The position numbers were made by a program, and so were the translations under genes. The notes under the pieces are model-generated. The model searched no databases, was not told the origin of the DNA, and saw only the letters and a list, made by a program, of their open reading frames with translations. From assembly GCF_001194135.2 (NCBI RefSeq), contig NC_068990.1, positions 5,719,277 through 5,783,276 of the forward strand: a DNA stretch of 64,000 nt, read 5' to 3'. The stretch comes from Octopus bimaculoides (lineage: Eukaryota). Shown in pieces: positions 41,016-53,659 of this stretch. The first letter of the stretch is position 1; every line of letters starts with the position of its first letter.

Positions 41016-43292
41016 TAATATACATGAATATATGTATGCATGTATGTATGTACATATATAGAATTAAATTGTTGAAAACATGGTGCTTGCCATTTAGGAA
41101 CATGCACATACCGTGACGTGTTTTTTACATTCATTCCATAACATTTGTACAAACTATTAAGTGCCAAAAATTCTCACAGCCCATCTGCGACATGATCACT
41201 CACTAGTTTCAGTACGTCTATTAAAAGCCGGTTATTAATCAGATTTTGAAAAACTTTGATCTATTTTTTCCTGTATTAGATTTTTTTCCATTAAATATTT
41301 AGGTTCTCTTAAAAATGGAAGTTACAACTGAATGATAACTGATATAATCGAATACGTTTGAATACAACGTTATGAACCCAAAATAAGTTTGTATCCTGTA
41401 ACTCTTGTATAAAATAAAGATGTCAAAGAAACCCTGTTTGTAAAATTTTGCTTCACTCGTTAGCGGTTAGCTATTAGATAAAAACGAGTGTAGGGATGTT
41501 AGAATACCCAACACATTTTCAAGAATCCTTAAAGACAAAACACCTCTCAAGATATGTTTTAGTTTTACTTTCTTCCAGCAAATACATCAGTGAGAAGATG
41601 GACTTGGCACAGTGTCGGCCAAAATGCCTCCCGCTATTTATTTATTGTTCTCTACCTGTTGAGTTTAAATTCGTCGAAGCTCACTTTATTTCCATTGATC
41701 TTGAACTTGATAAAATTAAATACCAATCATTATATACCAGAGGTTTCCTTTGTTGTTAGCTCCTCAATCGGATGCTAAACAACAGAAACAACAAATGTAT
41801 TTGTTGTTATTGATATTGTTGGTTGGCCCCAAACTATCCTTTATTAAGTATCCTTGCAGTCAATGACATTTTCAGTTGTGACCATCATATCTCCCCGTAC
41901 TTGCAACTGTACTCCCAGAACCACATTATTTATTGTCTCCTTCATTTGCATGACGGCATGGTGTGGTTTCAGTGTGATTTGACTATATGGCGCAATACAT
42001 TTCGAGCCATCTTTAAAAACAAAACACTTGTCAAGTTATGCTGTTGAAAATTTTCCAAGCATCTCAGTGAATTAGAATCTATGATAGATTTTGCGAATGC
42101 GTCGCCCTGTTTCTCGAATTGGCATTTATGCAAGCTGTTAATAACTCACGTCTATTCAACTAGATTAATCTAGATGGTGTAAATCAATTGATATTATACT
42201 TGATGTCAGCAAAGATATCAACTAATCAAAAGAATAACAATAAAATTTCTCAACACTCTTTAGACCATTGCAGCGTCAAGTGGAATCACTCGTTAAGCTA
42301 CTATGATATAGTCAAAGAACTTCCAATCGTTTTTGTCTTCCACTTTTATTCAAGACTTTGCAGCAACATGAGCGTCCTTGTTTAAGATAGAAAATAGTTG
42401 CTTTGAAGAACAGTATTCTGCTTCTTTTTGCAGGTCTTGCGACCGTGTAACTTCTCTCTGGTTGTTGTTGCTGGAGCTAGTAGTGGTGTTATTAGTGGTT
42501 TTTAGCTTAATGCTATATTTCCGCAATTCTGCGTTTTTATTTAGGAATTGTATATCTATGAGTACATTGTCAATGCACACATTTTTGAAGGAAGTAGCAT
42601 AGGATTTAAGGGACATTTGGTTGATGTTTTTAGCATTGTAGTCGTGACTATCCTTTCTTTTCTATTTCAGAGAAGATACTATCTAATGTACTCTTTTTTT
42701 ATATACGTTACTAGGTGTGAATTAGGAAAGAATTGTTGTTATTTTTACCAGATCAAGCGACCACGTTGAAGTAATTTGAGGCTTGTTAGATTAAAATGAT
42801 AGCAGCAGTATGACAGGGGAATATTTCAGGAATAGAAGCAGTTATGTATAGGAAAATATTGTATATCTGTGCGGAGTTTTAAAATAATGCAAAGCTTTGC
42901 ACCATAATATTCAGATTCAGGGAAATTGTTACAAAGAGAAGGCAGTTTTAATATGTATATGGTTAACATCGTATTAAATGTGTGTGGATGTATTTGAAGC
43001 TTCAGGAAGTAATTAATTCGTTATGGTTCGTGGAGACAGAGAGGTCGACATAAAACATAAAACATAAAACATAAAACTAACCGAAACACGGAAAGTGAAT
43101 TACGGGCAAGGATTGCTACAGCTGATGATGCCGATGATATCAACTCGACATTCAACGTATTATCCGTAGATTTCAATTATAACCTTTGCCAGATATTCGA
43201 AAATATCGTTCCGTAACTGCTTCATTTAGTTTTTAGCGAAAAAATACCACCGGAAGGAGAAAGTGTTTAGTGTGAGCCCTAATTGGATTTAA

Positions 43293-43512
43293 ACCATTAA
43301 TACATAGCGTCCAGAAAAATGAACGCAGGAAAAAATTACTATTGCTTGTTAAGTAACTACCTATTGAGCTTATTTTTGGTACAGTCTGCCTCTAAACTAG
43401 TGCTCTATGAGTGAGCAAGCGCCGCATACAAACAAACCAACTATACACACGTACGAAACAAGTAATAGTAATTTTTCCTGCGTCCATTTTTCTGGCGCAA
43501 CGCATTAATGGG
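43293..43512. mobile_element. piggyBac-type MITE
   Basis: TTAA occurs at 43289-92 and 43513-16. TIRs of about 50 bp: accattaatacatagcgtccagaaaaatgaacgcaggaaaaaattactatt versus the reverse complement of aatagtaatttttcctgcgtccatttttctggcgcaacgcattaatggg. Confidence 0.85.
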
Positions 43513-43759
43513 TTAAGGGAGGAATGTAATGATAATGGATTTGAGTTTCGAAATGGACAAAGTACTTAAATAAACTAGATTTTATATCGATGGCAAATGA
43601 TGGGCGAGGCGAACCGGACTTAAGTAAGAAGCATTAAGATAGAATAAACTATGGTTAGTATCTTTCTGAAACGTCCATGCTGCTACAAATGATACATTGC
43701 TCGAGGCTTGTTTATACGTAGGTATTATGATAAGGTTTGTTTAGGCAGTTATCTGGCAC

Positions 43760-44156
43760 TTATCTGGCAGAATCTTTAGAACGCCAGAAAAAGTGCTTCG
43801 CGGCATTTCGACCGTCTTAAATTTCTGAGTTCAAAATCCTCCGGGGTTGACTGCCTTTCATCCTTTTGCAGTTGAGTAAATGAGGACCAGTTGAACACTG
43901 GGGTCAATGTAATCAACTTTACCATTCTCTCGAAATTTCTAGTCTTTGACAAAATTTGAAACCATTATGATGAGGTATGTTAGGCAGCTAGAGAGAGGAA
44001 TCGTTAGCACGGCCTTAGTTCGAATTCCGCCTGGTTAACTTTGCCTTTCATCCTTTCGGTATCGATGTAATAAGTATCAATCGAACACTGAAGTCATTGT
44101 AATCGACTAACCCCACTCCCTCCCTAAAATTGTTAAGCCTTGTACCTACAGTAGAA
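43760..44156 (+). mobile_element. SINE family A, two diverged copies
   Basis: ctggcagaatc...ctgagttcaaa...gcctttcatcc, repeated from about 43995. Confidence 0.75.
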
Positions 44157-45338
44157 AATATTATGACTAGGTTTGTAGCAATAATTGAGAGATACTCTTT
44201 GAAAACGATTGTATTTTATAGTCGTATGTCACGATGTTTGTTAAATGAAATCTCATCCCTGAAAAAAAATCTTTATTTGCATTTAAATTATAATTTTTGA
44301 AAATTCCTTCTCATTTGTTTTGTGAGAGTTCTAACCAAATTCAACGCAATAGCAGGTGTTCGTTTTAAAATCGGTTTTTTTTTTGTTATTTACTTGATAC
44401 AAACAGAACTCTGCATAGAATTGTAGAAGTATAGGAAATGAGCTTACTCGAGTTATAGTGGTGTAGATGCTGTTTTCTTGTGGGAACTCTGTATATACTT
44501 TTATTACATGATATATTCTGTTTGGAAGCTAGTAATGTTATTGTTTAAAGTATCGGGTTTAACGGACTAGATTCTCTCATTGATTGCTTGGCTAAGTATT
44601 TCATAGTATAGAAAAAGATTATTCAAACTCGAAGTTAATAGAATTTTGCAGTTTGCACCTGAAAGCTTTTAACTCAGGAAAACAACTTGAATACTTAATT
44701 GTAAGATGGAATCTAAACATTGAATTACTCTTAACAGAGACACTTAATTTTACTTCTAAAATCTGGATAATTTTAGTTCCAGTGTAAGATACTTTTAAAA
44801 CACAGTAGATGATTATTAAAGCTATCTGTTTCCAGCTGAGACAGAGTCATTTATAGAAATTTTTTACAAAGTTTCTTGGCAAAATACATTTCGTTGGATA
44901 CAATATCGCTGACAGATAATAGTGAAGGTTGATGTGAGGATTTTCAAACACTTCTTGGCATATCATCAAGGCAATTAACTTCTATCAATACCTTCACAGA
45001 ATGCAAGAACATGGTAAAGTTCAATGTTCCTGATCCGACTTATTTTCTAATACGGTAAGATATTCACATTACACCTGAATTCAATAGTTAAACCTAGCTG
45101 TGATTTCCTGGTATGATGTTAAGAATGTTAAGAATATCAATAAAATCTTGATATGATGATAAAATACTCTTCCATAATAAAAAGTTGTATTGCTTGTTTA
45201 AATAAATCTATGTACTATGGATATATGCATGTATATATGCATAAACCCTAAAACTGAGCTTTTCTATTTCTTTAAAGGTATCTATTTAAACAAATATGTT
45301 TATGAATTTGTGCAAAGTAAACACACACACTCGTATAT

Positions 45339-45502
45339 AGGCGCAGTAGCTGTGTGATAAATAGCTTGCTTACCAACCACATGGTTCCAAGTTCAGTCCC
45401 ACTGTATGGAACCTTCGGCAAGTGCCTTCTACTATAGCCTCGGGCCGACCAAAAACTTGTGAGGAGATTTGGTAGATGGAAACTGGAAGAAGCCCGTCGT
45501 AT
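45339..45502 (+). mobile_element. SINE family B, 5' half
   Basis: aggcgcagtagctgtgtgataaatagcttgcttaccaaccacatggttccaagttcagtcccactg...gaagcccgtcg. Confidence 0.88.
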
Positions 45503-47149
45503 GTGTGTGTGTGTGTGTGTGTGTGTCTCCATAACATATATTATTGGCCTGAAGAGTAACCAGCGATATACACCTCGGTTGGATATTTACCGCTTCTGAG
45601 GTTCCGCTCGCTATGAAACATATGTAACCCGGATCTTATCTACTCCATTTCTTAACTCTCGTATAGGTGTGTGGGGGAGGTGATGTCTGTGTGTGTGTGT
45701 TTGCGTGTGTACGTATGTGTATGGATGGATGGATGGATGGATGGATGGATGGATGGATGGATGGATGGATGGATGGATGGATGCGTGTGTGTGTGTGTGC
45801 GTGTGTGAGTGAATGATTGAGATTATTGTGTTTTATATCATGTTTACTACTAAATTCTTTTATAGTTTAACAATTATTTTGTTTACATCATCATTATTTC
45901 AAAATTGTCTTTATGATTTTTTTAGCAATAGAGAATGAAAGAATTTGAAATTGGTTTCTTCCGGAAACTTTCATTTCAATCGAATTTCCTACTCTTACGT
46001 TGACCTTTCTATCGCATATTTATGACTGCCCTTTTACCTTTTCAGATAATTTATTGTATTAACAATATAGTAATAAACGATTCGTTGCAGGGTCCGAACC
46101 AACCCCATTGCCTTTCAAATTCAATCTATTTGCTCAGTCGCATCCAGTCACCAATTAGAATGATTGTCCTTATTTCATATGGAAAATTTGTTTTACAGAT
46201 AACACACAGATACATATACACCGAAAGACATACACATCGTCATACAATCACACAGTTCTGTTTATACAAAGAAATAAACAGTGGTATGTAACAATCACAG
46301 ATACGTATATAGATATACACAAACAGATAAACGGATAGACATCACATTCCCTAGAACATACTAAGACACGCAGATGCATAAAGAAATATACAGACGCGCA
46401 TTCACTTACGTACACACACACAGACACACACACACGCGAACAAGTGTCTGTAAAGGTATATACACAAACATATAGAGAAATTACAAAGAACTATGTTCAA
46501 TGAAGAACTTGCAATGTCCAATGCAAAGACTAATTGACAAACTCTGCTTTCTTCCCAATTTATACCAATTATTTAATTGAAGTAGAATCTTTTAGATGAG
46601 GACTTAAGGATTATGAAATTTGTTTTACTCCAGAATCCAAGATCTAACTATGCTTTCTTTTCTTTGAAGTCATGTAAGCATTCATAAAATATTGTTTCTT
46701 ATACTAAAAATATTTTAAAGTTGGACGCCAACAGAAAGAAAAATCTTGTAAAATATCAATCAAATTAATGGAGATTGAATTTTCTCTTTCATCAGTTAAA
46801 CCAGATAAAACCAAAGTTATAACATAGAGATAACAGAGATAACATTGTTACAAATGCGATATTCAACTCACGAAACACCTGAGCGTTAGCACAATTACAG
46901 AATTTACGTATTTTCTTTGAGAAATAATTTGATAGTGGTTTTACATTAAGAAATTTTCACAATTCATTTGTCACAATAATCGAATACTTTTGAACAACAG
47001 AAATTGAGAGGCGCCAAACTAGATGACTTGTCTTGTAGTATTTCTAACTTTATATACTGCTAGTGATAAGTTTCATTTTATTTTTCCCGGGTTTCTATAT
47101 AAGTCACAATCATAAATCTGACTATTTATTTTCAGCAATGTACGAAGTT

Positions 47150-48100
47150 ATATAAAACTTATGTTAGCATGCATTGTTCTCTCCTTCTCAAAATATACTA
47201 TTTCACAAAATCCTCCAAAATGTGAAATAGTAGTCTTTTATTTGAACTTTTCGGAATTAAACCTATTTCCAGTAGCATCTCCGGTTTTCAGATATTGTTC
47301 ATCATAAACAGGATTGCAAGAAAATAAATTAAAATTGTAAACAGAATTCTAATGGAACTGGATATAATATACATTTTAACATGAGATATTGTTCTTAACT
47401 CATTACATTTCCTATTCATACTGTTCAGTGTATCCTGTTTACATAAACCAGCAGGAGATAACTGGCTATTTGTAGTATCAATTTTCCAGTCTTTTATTAC
47501 ATTTAATGACTTCTATAATCTCAAAGCCAGTATATTAGTGATACTGAATATTATATGTCGAACTATAATTTTCATATCATTTATATGTACGCAAGAGGGT
47601 TCATTTGCAAATATACTTCGAGACTTTAAACGGAACACTAGATAAGCAGGCTCTACCACACGTTGCAAATATTACTCTTCGCACATATTATTGTCTAGAA
47701 ATGTAGGCGTGCTTATGCATTTTAAGAATTCACTTTACCAACTACCATGTTTTAAGTTCTCTTCGACAGCACTGAAACCTGGCCAAGTGTTCTCTGTCAT
47801 AGCTTTGAGTCAGGCAAAACCATGTGAAAACGATGAACGTAAAGAAACAATATGTTCCTGGATCATCGGCTGCAAACTGTTAGTGTATTGGTGCCAATTA
47901 TTAACCATTGCATATACAAAGGTGTCTAATCGTGGCGAACCAGAAAAATAATTGAGGTAGCTGTTATGAAGATCTAACAATACAGCAACGTAATATAGTC
48001 TATGTATATCTGTATACGTATTTGCGATTGCGAGAGAAGCGTTCGTGCTATCTAACAATACCAGAGTTCTAGGAGTAACGGCTGGTTGCCTTAAAATATC
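47150..48100 (-). pseudogene. Possible decayed intronless class A GPCR (peptide/FMRFamide-receptor-like)
   Basis: Collinear echoes across frameshifts: STNASLAIANT (TM2), ATSIIFLV-ATIRHLCIC (TM3), IIVRHIIFSITNIL (TM5) and VKMYIISSSIRILFTILIYF (TM6). Assigned by manual pattern matching only. Confidence 0.4.
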
Positions 48101-48173
48101 TACATGCTATTTTAATTCAGACATTGACTTAGCAGGCAGCAGTTGATAAATAAATATATAAATGTTTGTGTGC

Positions 48174-48238
<65 letters not shown>

Positions 48239-48919
48239 TGTGCGTGCGTGTGTGTGTGTGTAGAGAGAGAGAGAGGCGGGTTCAGGAAACTTTTGATATA
48301 AAAGCCATTCTTTCTAAATCACGATGTGTCTAATTGTATGCAAATTGAAGTGGATCTATCCTGTAATCCGTATTGATTCTTGTCTTTATCTGACATGATA
48401 TACTTAACAACCTCTTAGTGATTCTTCTTTGGCATAAAGCTTGTTTGTGTTGTTATTTCTGTTGTTATTATATTGTTGTCTTTGCAGTCGTGTATTTTTG
48501 TTATTTATTTCTTTTGTTTTTGCTAAACAAAATATCACTTACTTGTGTATGTATGTAAAAACTGGATTTAACTCGTTCATATTGCTTCTTTCAAGTCACA
48601 CTATAATTCAATGCGTGAGAAGCAATCTTTTGTGAAAACTATCGATGTAATAATTGCACGCTTGATATCTTGGGTTATGTTAGTCCGCTATTCGTCAATT
48701 CTTAAAATTACTTCAATCATGTGGTCATACTGTAGCATTATCTTAAAGCGCTATGGTCGATCATATTCACATATGTACGAGTTTCTGGTGTCTGATAATT
48801 ATTTTCTCGACATCTATTCATCACATGGTTAGGTTACTTTCTGACGTAAATGGATGAAACTCGTTATGTTTTACAGCGATATGCACAAACACATATATGC
48901 ACACTCACATACACATATA

Positions 48920-48981
<62 letters not shown>

Positions 48982-50139
48982 TACATACACACACATATAC
49001 ACGTGTATGTGTCAGTGGGTGGTTGAGTTCCCGTCTATAACATTCCATTCACACGATATCAGTTAATCCGAGGCTGCTGCAAATGACGCTTCCAAGTTGC
49101 AATGCACTGAAACCGAACCCGGATTCGTAACCACACGGTTGTGCCTTCACTTATATTTTACCATTAATAGAAATAGGTTTTAGGAACTAGGAGAACAGTG
49201 AAGTATATTAGGCTATGGTTAGAAAGTAATGAGTGGACACAGCCGACCTATTCGCGCGAACTGAAAGGTAGGAAACGCCGAGCACTTGCGTGCCCTCAAT
49301 TTCCATCATTGTATGTTACAATTTCGCATTAATGTTCTTGTTTTCTAACCTTGGACTGCTGTCCTTCTTATTGTTGCTATTGCTGTGTTTGTTTTAGAAA
49401 AAAACAGCATGAGTAAAATGTTTTATCGTGCTGACCGTAATAATCGATCTCAGTATAATCTTTAAATGAAATTCTATGTCGAGTTTAATTAGAATAAAAT
49501 ATTATTGGACTAAGTCAATTGAGTATCCATCGCGTCTGAGTTATTTCTGCTCAAAATAATTCTTCCTTTCTGCGAAAAGAATTTTATCATCATCTACATT
49601 TAGTTAATTCTACTGTGAATGCTTCAGCAAATATGAGAAAGTGTATTATGCTGGTCAGGTCAGAAACGACCAAAACATATTCGGAGTTTTCCTCCTGCAT
49701 ATACAAAAGTATTTACAATAATATCAGTCATGAACTAACATCGTTTTCTTTTCTTTATCAAGAAAATGTCTTGATAACTTTTGACGCATTGTGAATTAAA
49801 GATATCAACACTAACTTCCTCTTATTCCTTTGCAAGGACCTCTGTATTAAAATGACTAAAATTGCTGTACATTGTCAATGGAGCAGACAAATCGTGATGA
49901 ATTATATCAAATAACTTGCAGTATTGATTTAGGCCATACATTGCTCTTAGTTCAAACCTAGCCAGTGTAGGCTTTGCATCCTCCTTTAGGATAGATAAAA
50001 TAGTAATCAGTAATGTACTTGTGCATATTCATTTGATTAGGCATATATATTCAGCACCCTACATGAAATCAAAGTTATCGGTTGTGATGCGACATCATAT
50101 GAAAGGTTATATGACATTTTTGTTTTGTTATCATTTAAT

Positions 50140-51030
50140 ATTGCTTGAATATAATATGGTAATGAGTTATATTTATATATAATCAGAAACGGAGCATAAA
50201 GATATAGTTGATAACTAATTAGTATTCTCTTAGCTAACATAATCAATCATGACTAGTATTTGTAATTTTGAGGTATCGTATTTGCTGTGTAAGAAAAATA
50301 GCTTATCTTCAAGTTGTTGAAATGAAAGATATTAAAGAATACCTTATTTTTCTAATGAGTTCATATATCAAAATGACACAATGAATAAAACTAATAAGTC
50401 GGAATAAAAGCCCTTTGCTTCTCATTTTTCTTCATAGCTTTTTGCTGACTAACAGTGAATACAATTTGTCCCAGAACAGACTCTCTTCTCATTTTGTTTG
50501 TTTTCTTTTCCTTTTTTAATCATAACGATAAATCGTTCATCGTAGTTTTTATTTGAGCATAGCTAATTCTGAGGGGGTAGTCATAAGGGTACTAAATAGT
50601 AAATCATAGTTTCACCCGCTTATATAATGAACTGTGCTGAAATTTATTTTCTCTAATAACAGTTTGATAATTAACTTCGTTACTTGCGTTTGATTAGGCT
50701 GTTTCATTAGACAACCAACTTATTGTCTGTGTATATATTTCTAACATCTTCAGTAACTCGGATGATTTGTACTTATTATTCAATGAAATTTATAGCTGAA
50801 ACTGTCAGATATCATTTGGCCCAGGTCTATTTAATTGTCATTAGACCAGACATCGCAGTTAATGAAATAGATTGCAGAAACTAAAATCTCTCCAATGCTG
50901 TTAATATGAAAATTACTTGAAATTTAACCGTTTTACTAAATATAGATTATCTATTATACTACATAATAGCAGGCTTTAAGTTTTAATTTCCTGGTGAAAA
51001 TTGGAAACTGAAATCAGCCAGACTTGACAA
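50140..51030 (-). pseudogene. Possible decayed class A GPCR, LGR/GRL101-like 7TM
   Basis: LSSLADF (TM2); C...SIFS...VIFILTALERF with Cys 25 codons before Arg after one -1 shift (TM3); ILIYELIRKIR (TM5); MLAKRILI...AP (TM6). Assigned by manual pattern matching only. Confidence 0.4.
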
Positions 51031-51411
51031 CTTACTGCTGTCACTCATAAGCAAGTATGGTAATATCTACTGTGAGGTCACTTATTGTTTCAGTTGTTTG
51101 TGTCATCAAGAAGAAACGTGGACACTCTCCCAGCTCCCCTATCCTTGATTCTGCAGAACAACCAGAATGTGACAGCTGGAGATAGAGAACGACTAGTACT
51201 CAATAACAGCTGAATAGACTGAAGCAGCATGAAATGAAATAGTTTGTTCCAAGACACAATTTGTCAACTGGTTCAGGAATCAAACCCAACATATTTTGAT
51301 TGGGAGCCCTACGTTCAAATCAATAGGCTACGTGCCTTCAGAATGTTAAGCATGAACGTGAAAACAATACTAATATTAACTGTAGTACAAGGGCAGTGAG
51401 TTGGGCGAACC

Positions 51412-51596
51412 TTTGGTATGGTGGGCAAAATGCTTAGCAACATTTCATCCTCTTAGTTTAAATTCTGCCGAGGCCGACTTTGACTTAATCCTCAGGAAGT
51501 TGATAAAATAAGTACCTGTTGAGCACTGTGATCGATGTAATCGACTTAACTTCTTCCCCAAACTTACTGACATTGTGCGAAACTTTAAAACCAATA
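51412..51596 (+). mobile_element. SINE family A copy whose 3' end is the target of the next insertion
   Basis: ggcagtgagttgggcgaacc...gaggccgactttg...aagtacctgttgagcactg...aactttaaaaccaata. Confidence 0.75.
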
Positions 51597-51787
51597 CAGT
51601 CTTATATTTAAGAGATGAGAAATTATGTACATTATTTACATTATTTAAAATTGACGGATATTAAGGAAGAATAGGAGACTATTAGATTTATAAGCCCTAA
51701 AATTCACTCTATAATTGCCCACGGGTATAAGGCGTAGTGGTTAAGAGCTACTAACGCCAAGATTCCGAGTTCGATTCCAGGCAGTGA

Positions 51788-51866
<79 letters not shown>

Positions 51867-52003
51867 AACAACAACAACAATAGCAGCAACATCGAAAAGT
51901 ACCTTAGGAATGAGAACCCCCAAAACACCTGATGAAGGCTGGAGGGTATATCAGCCGAAACGTTGTGTTAGCAACAAACAAGGTGAGGATAAATATCCGT
52001 CAA
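51597..52003 (+). mobile_element. Non-autonomous insertion of about 410 bp with a tRNA-like head and a 3' hammerhead, flanked by a TSD
   Basis: Direct repeat tttaaaaccaata at 51584-96 and 52004-16; A box ggcgtagtgg at 51731; B box gttcgattcc at 51769; (AAT)n(AAC)n spacer; HHR at 51924-69. Confidence 0.8.
51924..51969 (+). ncRNA. Minimal type I hammerhead ribozyme of the PLE class, intact core
   Basis: AACAC CUGAUGA A GGCUG-GAGGGUAUAU-CAGCC GAAAC GUU GUGUU. Stems I and II are perfect 5-bp helices, stem III is the loopless palindrome ACGU, and cleavage is predicted after U51964. Confidence 0.85.
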
Positions 52004-52744
52004 TTTAAAACCAATATTAATCGTAGTGCTAGGTTATGGTGCGCAAAAAACTATGGACGAATACATTAGACAAAAGTCTACTACTGAGTCACCTGTGTCA
52101 AGTGACTGAGACAAGTAAAAGAATTAAAAAATAAAAGAATTAAAAAATAAAAGAATATGTATCTATCTTTCTAAACATACATACATGCATATAAATATGA
52201 CTGTGTACGAATATGTCTATTGAGATACCCAGAATCTATGACCATATGAATGAAATAAATTTGACATGTACAAATTAAAAATAAGTAACAACATAGTGGT
52301 GTTAAAATATCTTTCTTGGCATACATATACATTTAAAACCGCTGGAATTATAATGATTTGAGCCGTGTGATATTAGTCGTCTATGTATTTCATATTTTAG
52401 ATATGACATTACCCGAGTATTATTAGTTATCTATGTAACGCATTCAATATGGCCACTGTATCAAACATCGTGTTCGGTTGAATCTTCGATATCGTCGCCA
52501 TTATAGAATTTGTCCTAATTCCTTAATTAATAATTTTATACTTTATTAACAAATAATTTTTATCAGTTACTTTTTATGGATCACCTTTTGACTAGTAATT
52601 CTTTTATCGTGCTCATTTTTATTTGTTTGGTATGATTGAGACCCTCTCTGTATAATTATTGATATCATCATTTCAATTATAATTATTGAGATTATAATCG
52701 CAATCACGCTCTAAACTGAAACGCTAAAACAATAATCAAGTCAT

Positions 52745-53320
52745 TATCATTATTTTTGTTTCGTTTTCATCATTATCATTGACATCGTTATCAACACCTT
52801 TATTGTGTCCAATGATGCCATTATCTTCGTCCTCCTCTCACTTCTCTTGCTCTTGTTCCCTCTCATTATCATTGGCTTCATCTTCCTCTTCGTCGTCGTC
52901 AATGGCATCATTATCATTATCATCATCCCATCAGCCACAAAAACAAAAACAATATTGTCATTCTCATTTTCCATCAGCACTTGTGCCGTCGTGGTCACTC
53001 TCGTATCATCACGTCATCCTCTTTCTACCTCTTTTTGTCTCATAACCATCATCATAATCATCATCGTTATCATCATCATTATTGCTATTTTGAGCAGCAC
53101 CCAAATAACAATAATCACTAATATTATGGTTGTAAACATCGCGATAAACATCACGATATATACCATAATCGTGATCAGGATACCAATCTCTATCATCATC
53201 AACAAAAATAAAAACAAACGTATAGATATCATTATCACTTCTACCATTGTCATGGTCACAAAGTCATCATCATCATCATCATCATCATTATCATCATCGT
53301 TGTCGTCTCCCTCATCAAAC
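52745..53320. repeat. Degenerate (ATC)n low-complexity tract
   Basis: Read directly; it explains the 212-aa Ile-rich ORF. Confidence 0.9.
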
Positions 53321-53659
53321 TTTATATTCTTTATTGCTTTCGGTCAGCATTCATTTCTGTTAAATTATTTTTCCACTGTTGAAATATATTCCCGCTCACT
53401 TATACACGCACATTTCACACACGTAAGCATACCTTACACATAATTCACACACATGTGTTTGTCATGAAGAGGAGAAAAATATCCAAGTCAGAGTTTTGGG
53501 AAAAGGTTAACGTTAGTTTCGGAAGAAAATCATATCAAATTATAATATACGGTACACCTTGCCTGAACCGGTATACCTTGCACCGGTTCAGGCAACGTCG
53601 ATTTGAAAGAAGGTTTGAGCTAATATTTTTCAGTTGTTTCATTGTGTTTGGGTGGCGGT

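Noticed and set aside
41830-45180. LDLa-like (about 41.9 kb) and LRR-like (44.4-45.1 kb) echoes as the ectodomain of the 50-51 kb GPCR relic
   Set aside because: The motifs are very weak and in the wrong order for a minus-strand gene.
51721-51790. tRNA gene
   Set aside because: It has A and B boxes but no complete cloverleaf or acceptor stem, so it is treated as a SINE head.
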